From a virus (lineage: Duplodnaviria; Caudoviricetes), in IMG/VR virus record IMGVR_UViG_3300042346_000140, positions 1-24,921 of that record: 24,921 nucleotides of DNA; one strand, 5' to 3'. The stretch's first letter is position 1; each line of letters begins with the position of its first letter. A program made the translations under genes and the position numbers. Under the pieces are notes generated by a model. It was not told the origin of the DNA, searched no databases, and worked only from the letters and a program-made list of their open reading frames with translations. Below, piece by piece: positions 24,392-24,921 of the stretch.

Positions 24392-24410
24392 CTAAACAAG
24401 GGAGATAGTC

Positions 24411-24656
24411 ATTACTACTAACCAATATAAATTAGGGTCTTGGGGCATAGTCTCAGGCTCTAAAAAAGATAAGACAGCCGTTTACGGAATCAAAGTCTGG
24501 AACGGTCAGGGCGCTATCAAATCAGGCGAGATAGTGCGAGTCATAAATTGGAAAGGCCAAGAATCACTAGTGGCTCTAGGCGTAAAGATAAAGCCAGTCG
24601 CTGAGACTGTAGAGACTAAAGGATATACGCTCTACGCTCTAGCCAATAAGAAATAG
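24411..24656 (+). CDS. 81-aa basic beta-rich protein with ATT start codon
   Basis: Not in the ORF track. The open frame (I/M)TTNQYKLGSWGIVSGSKKDKTAVYGIKVWNGQGAIKSGEIVRVINWKGQESLVALG...LANKK has SD AAGGGAG 6 nt before ATT and is flanked by a promoter and a hairpin. Confidence 0.7.
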   Translation: MTTNQYKLGSWGIVSGSKKDKTAVYGIKVWNGQGAIKSGEIVRVINWKGQESLVALGVKIKPVAETVETKGYTLYALANKK

Positions 24657-24660
24657 GCTC

Positions 24661-24704
24661 TAGGCTCGGTAAGCCTCTAGGCAACTAGGGGTTTGCCGAG
24701 CCTA
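24661..24704 (+). terminator. 20-bp hairpin with GCAA tetraloop
   Basis: TAGGCTCGGTAAGCCTCTAG-GCAA-CTAGGGGTTTGCCGAGCCTA; three G-U pairs indicate a + strand RNA; begins 4 nt after the stop codon. Confidence 0.75.
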
Positions 24705-24830
24705 TCCCACCCCCCAGGGGGGGTAATACCCGTCCTGTATATGTGTGGATTTGTTACATTTTCTGTGGTTAACGGCGCTAGTTTGTGTGTATACGGTACA
24801 CATACGCTGGTTAACTGTCACGAATCAACC

Positions 24831-24921
24831 TAGAGCTGTCAGCTCCCCCCACGGTTCGCATCCTTTATGGAGCAGGTCGCCGTAGCCAAGCTATTTAGCC
24901 GACACCTTAGTTGATGATGTA
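24831..24921 (-). ncRNA. candidate structured ncRNA, copy 2 (3' part; truncated by window edge)
   Basis: Collinear motifs shared with 14022-14071; minus-strand stems with G-U pairs and a potential pseudoknot. Confidence 0.55.

Overview
A 24.9 kb fragment of a tailed dsDNA phage, most likely a short-tailed (podovirus-like) phage of freshwater Actinobacteria. The host inference rests on a WhiB regulator, an M15/VanY-type endolysin and an N4-gp56-type capsid protein. Essentially all credible genes are on the + strand. Order: internal virion proteins, scaffold, major capsid, repeat-rich head/fibre proteins, a cluster of tiny Lys-rich proteins, tail tube/nozzle and Gly-rich fibre, cupin, a PA14/mucin-like surface protein, lysis cassette, metallophosphoesterase, YqaJ exonuclease with ssDNA-annealing protein, RHH regulator, resolvase-like nuclease, SLT transglycosylase, WhiB, Zn-finger proteins, and a probable early region with a MoxR-type AAA+/vWA pair. 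No polymerase, primase, helicase, terminase, portal, integrase, RT, tRNA or CRISPR was seen. The most unusual features are non-coding. (i) Two homologous structured elements at ~14022-14173 and 24831-24921, the first lying behind its own antisense promoter. (ii) Hairpins presenting anti-Shine-Dalgarno loops. (iii) A duplicated promoter cassette with iteron-like repeats and Z-DNA-prone tracts. (iv) An AUU-initiated gene. (v) A 4.3 kb zone lacking several 4-bp palindromes. All family assignments are from motif recognition by eye; no searches were run.
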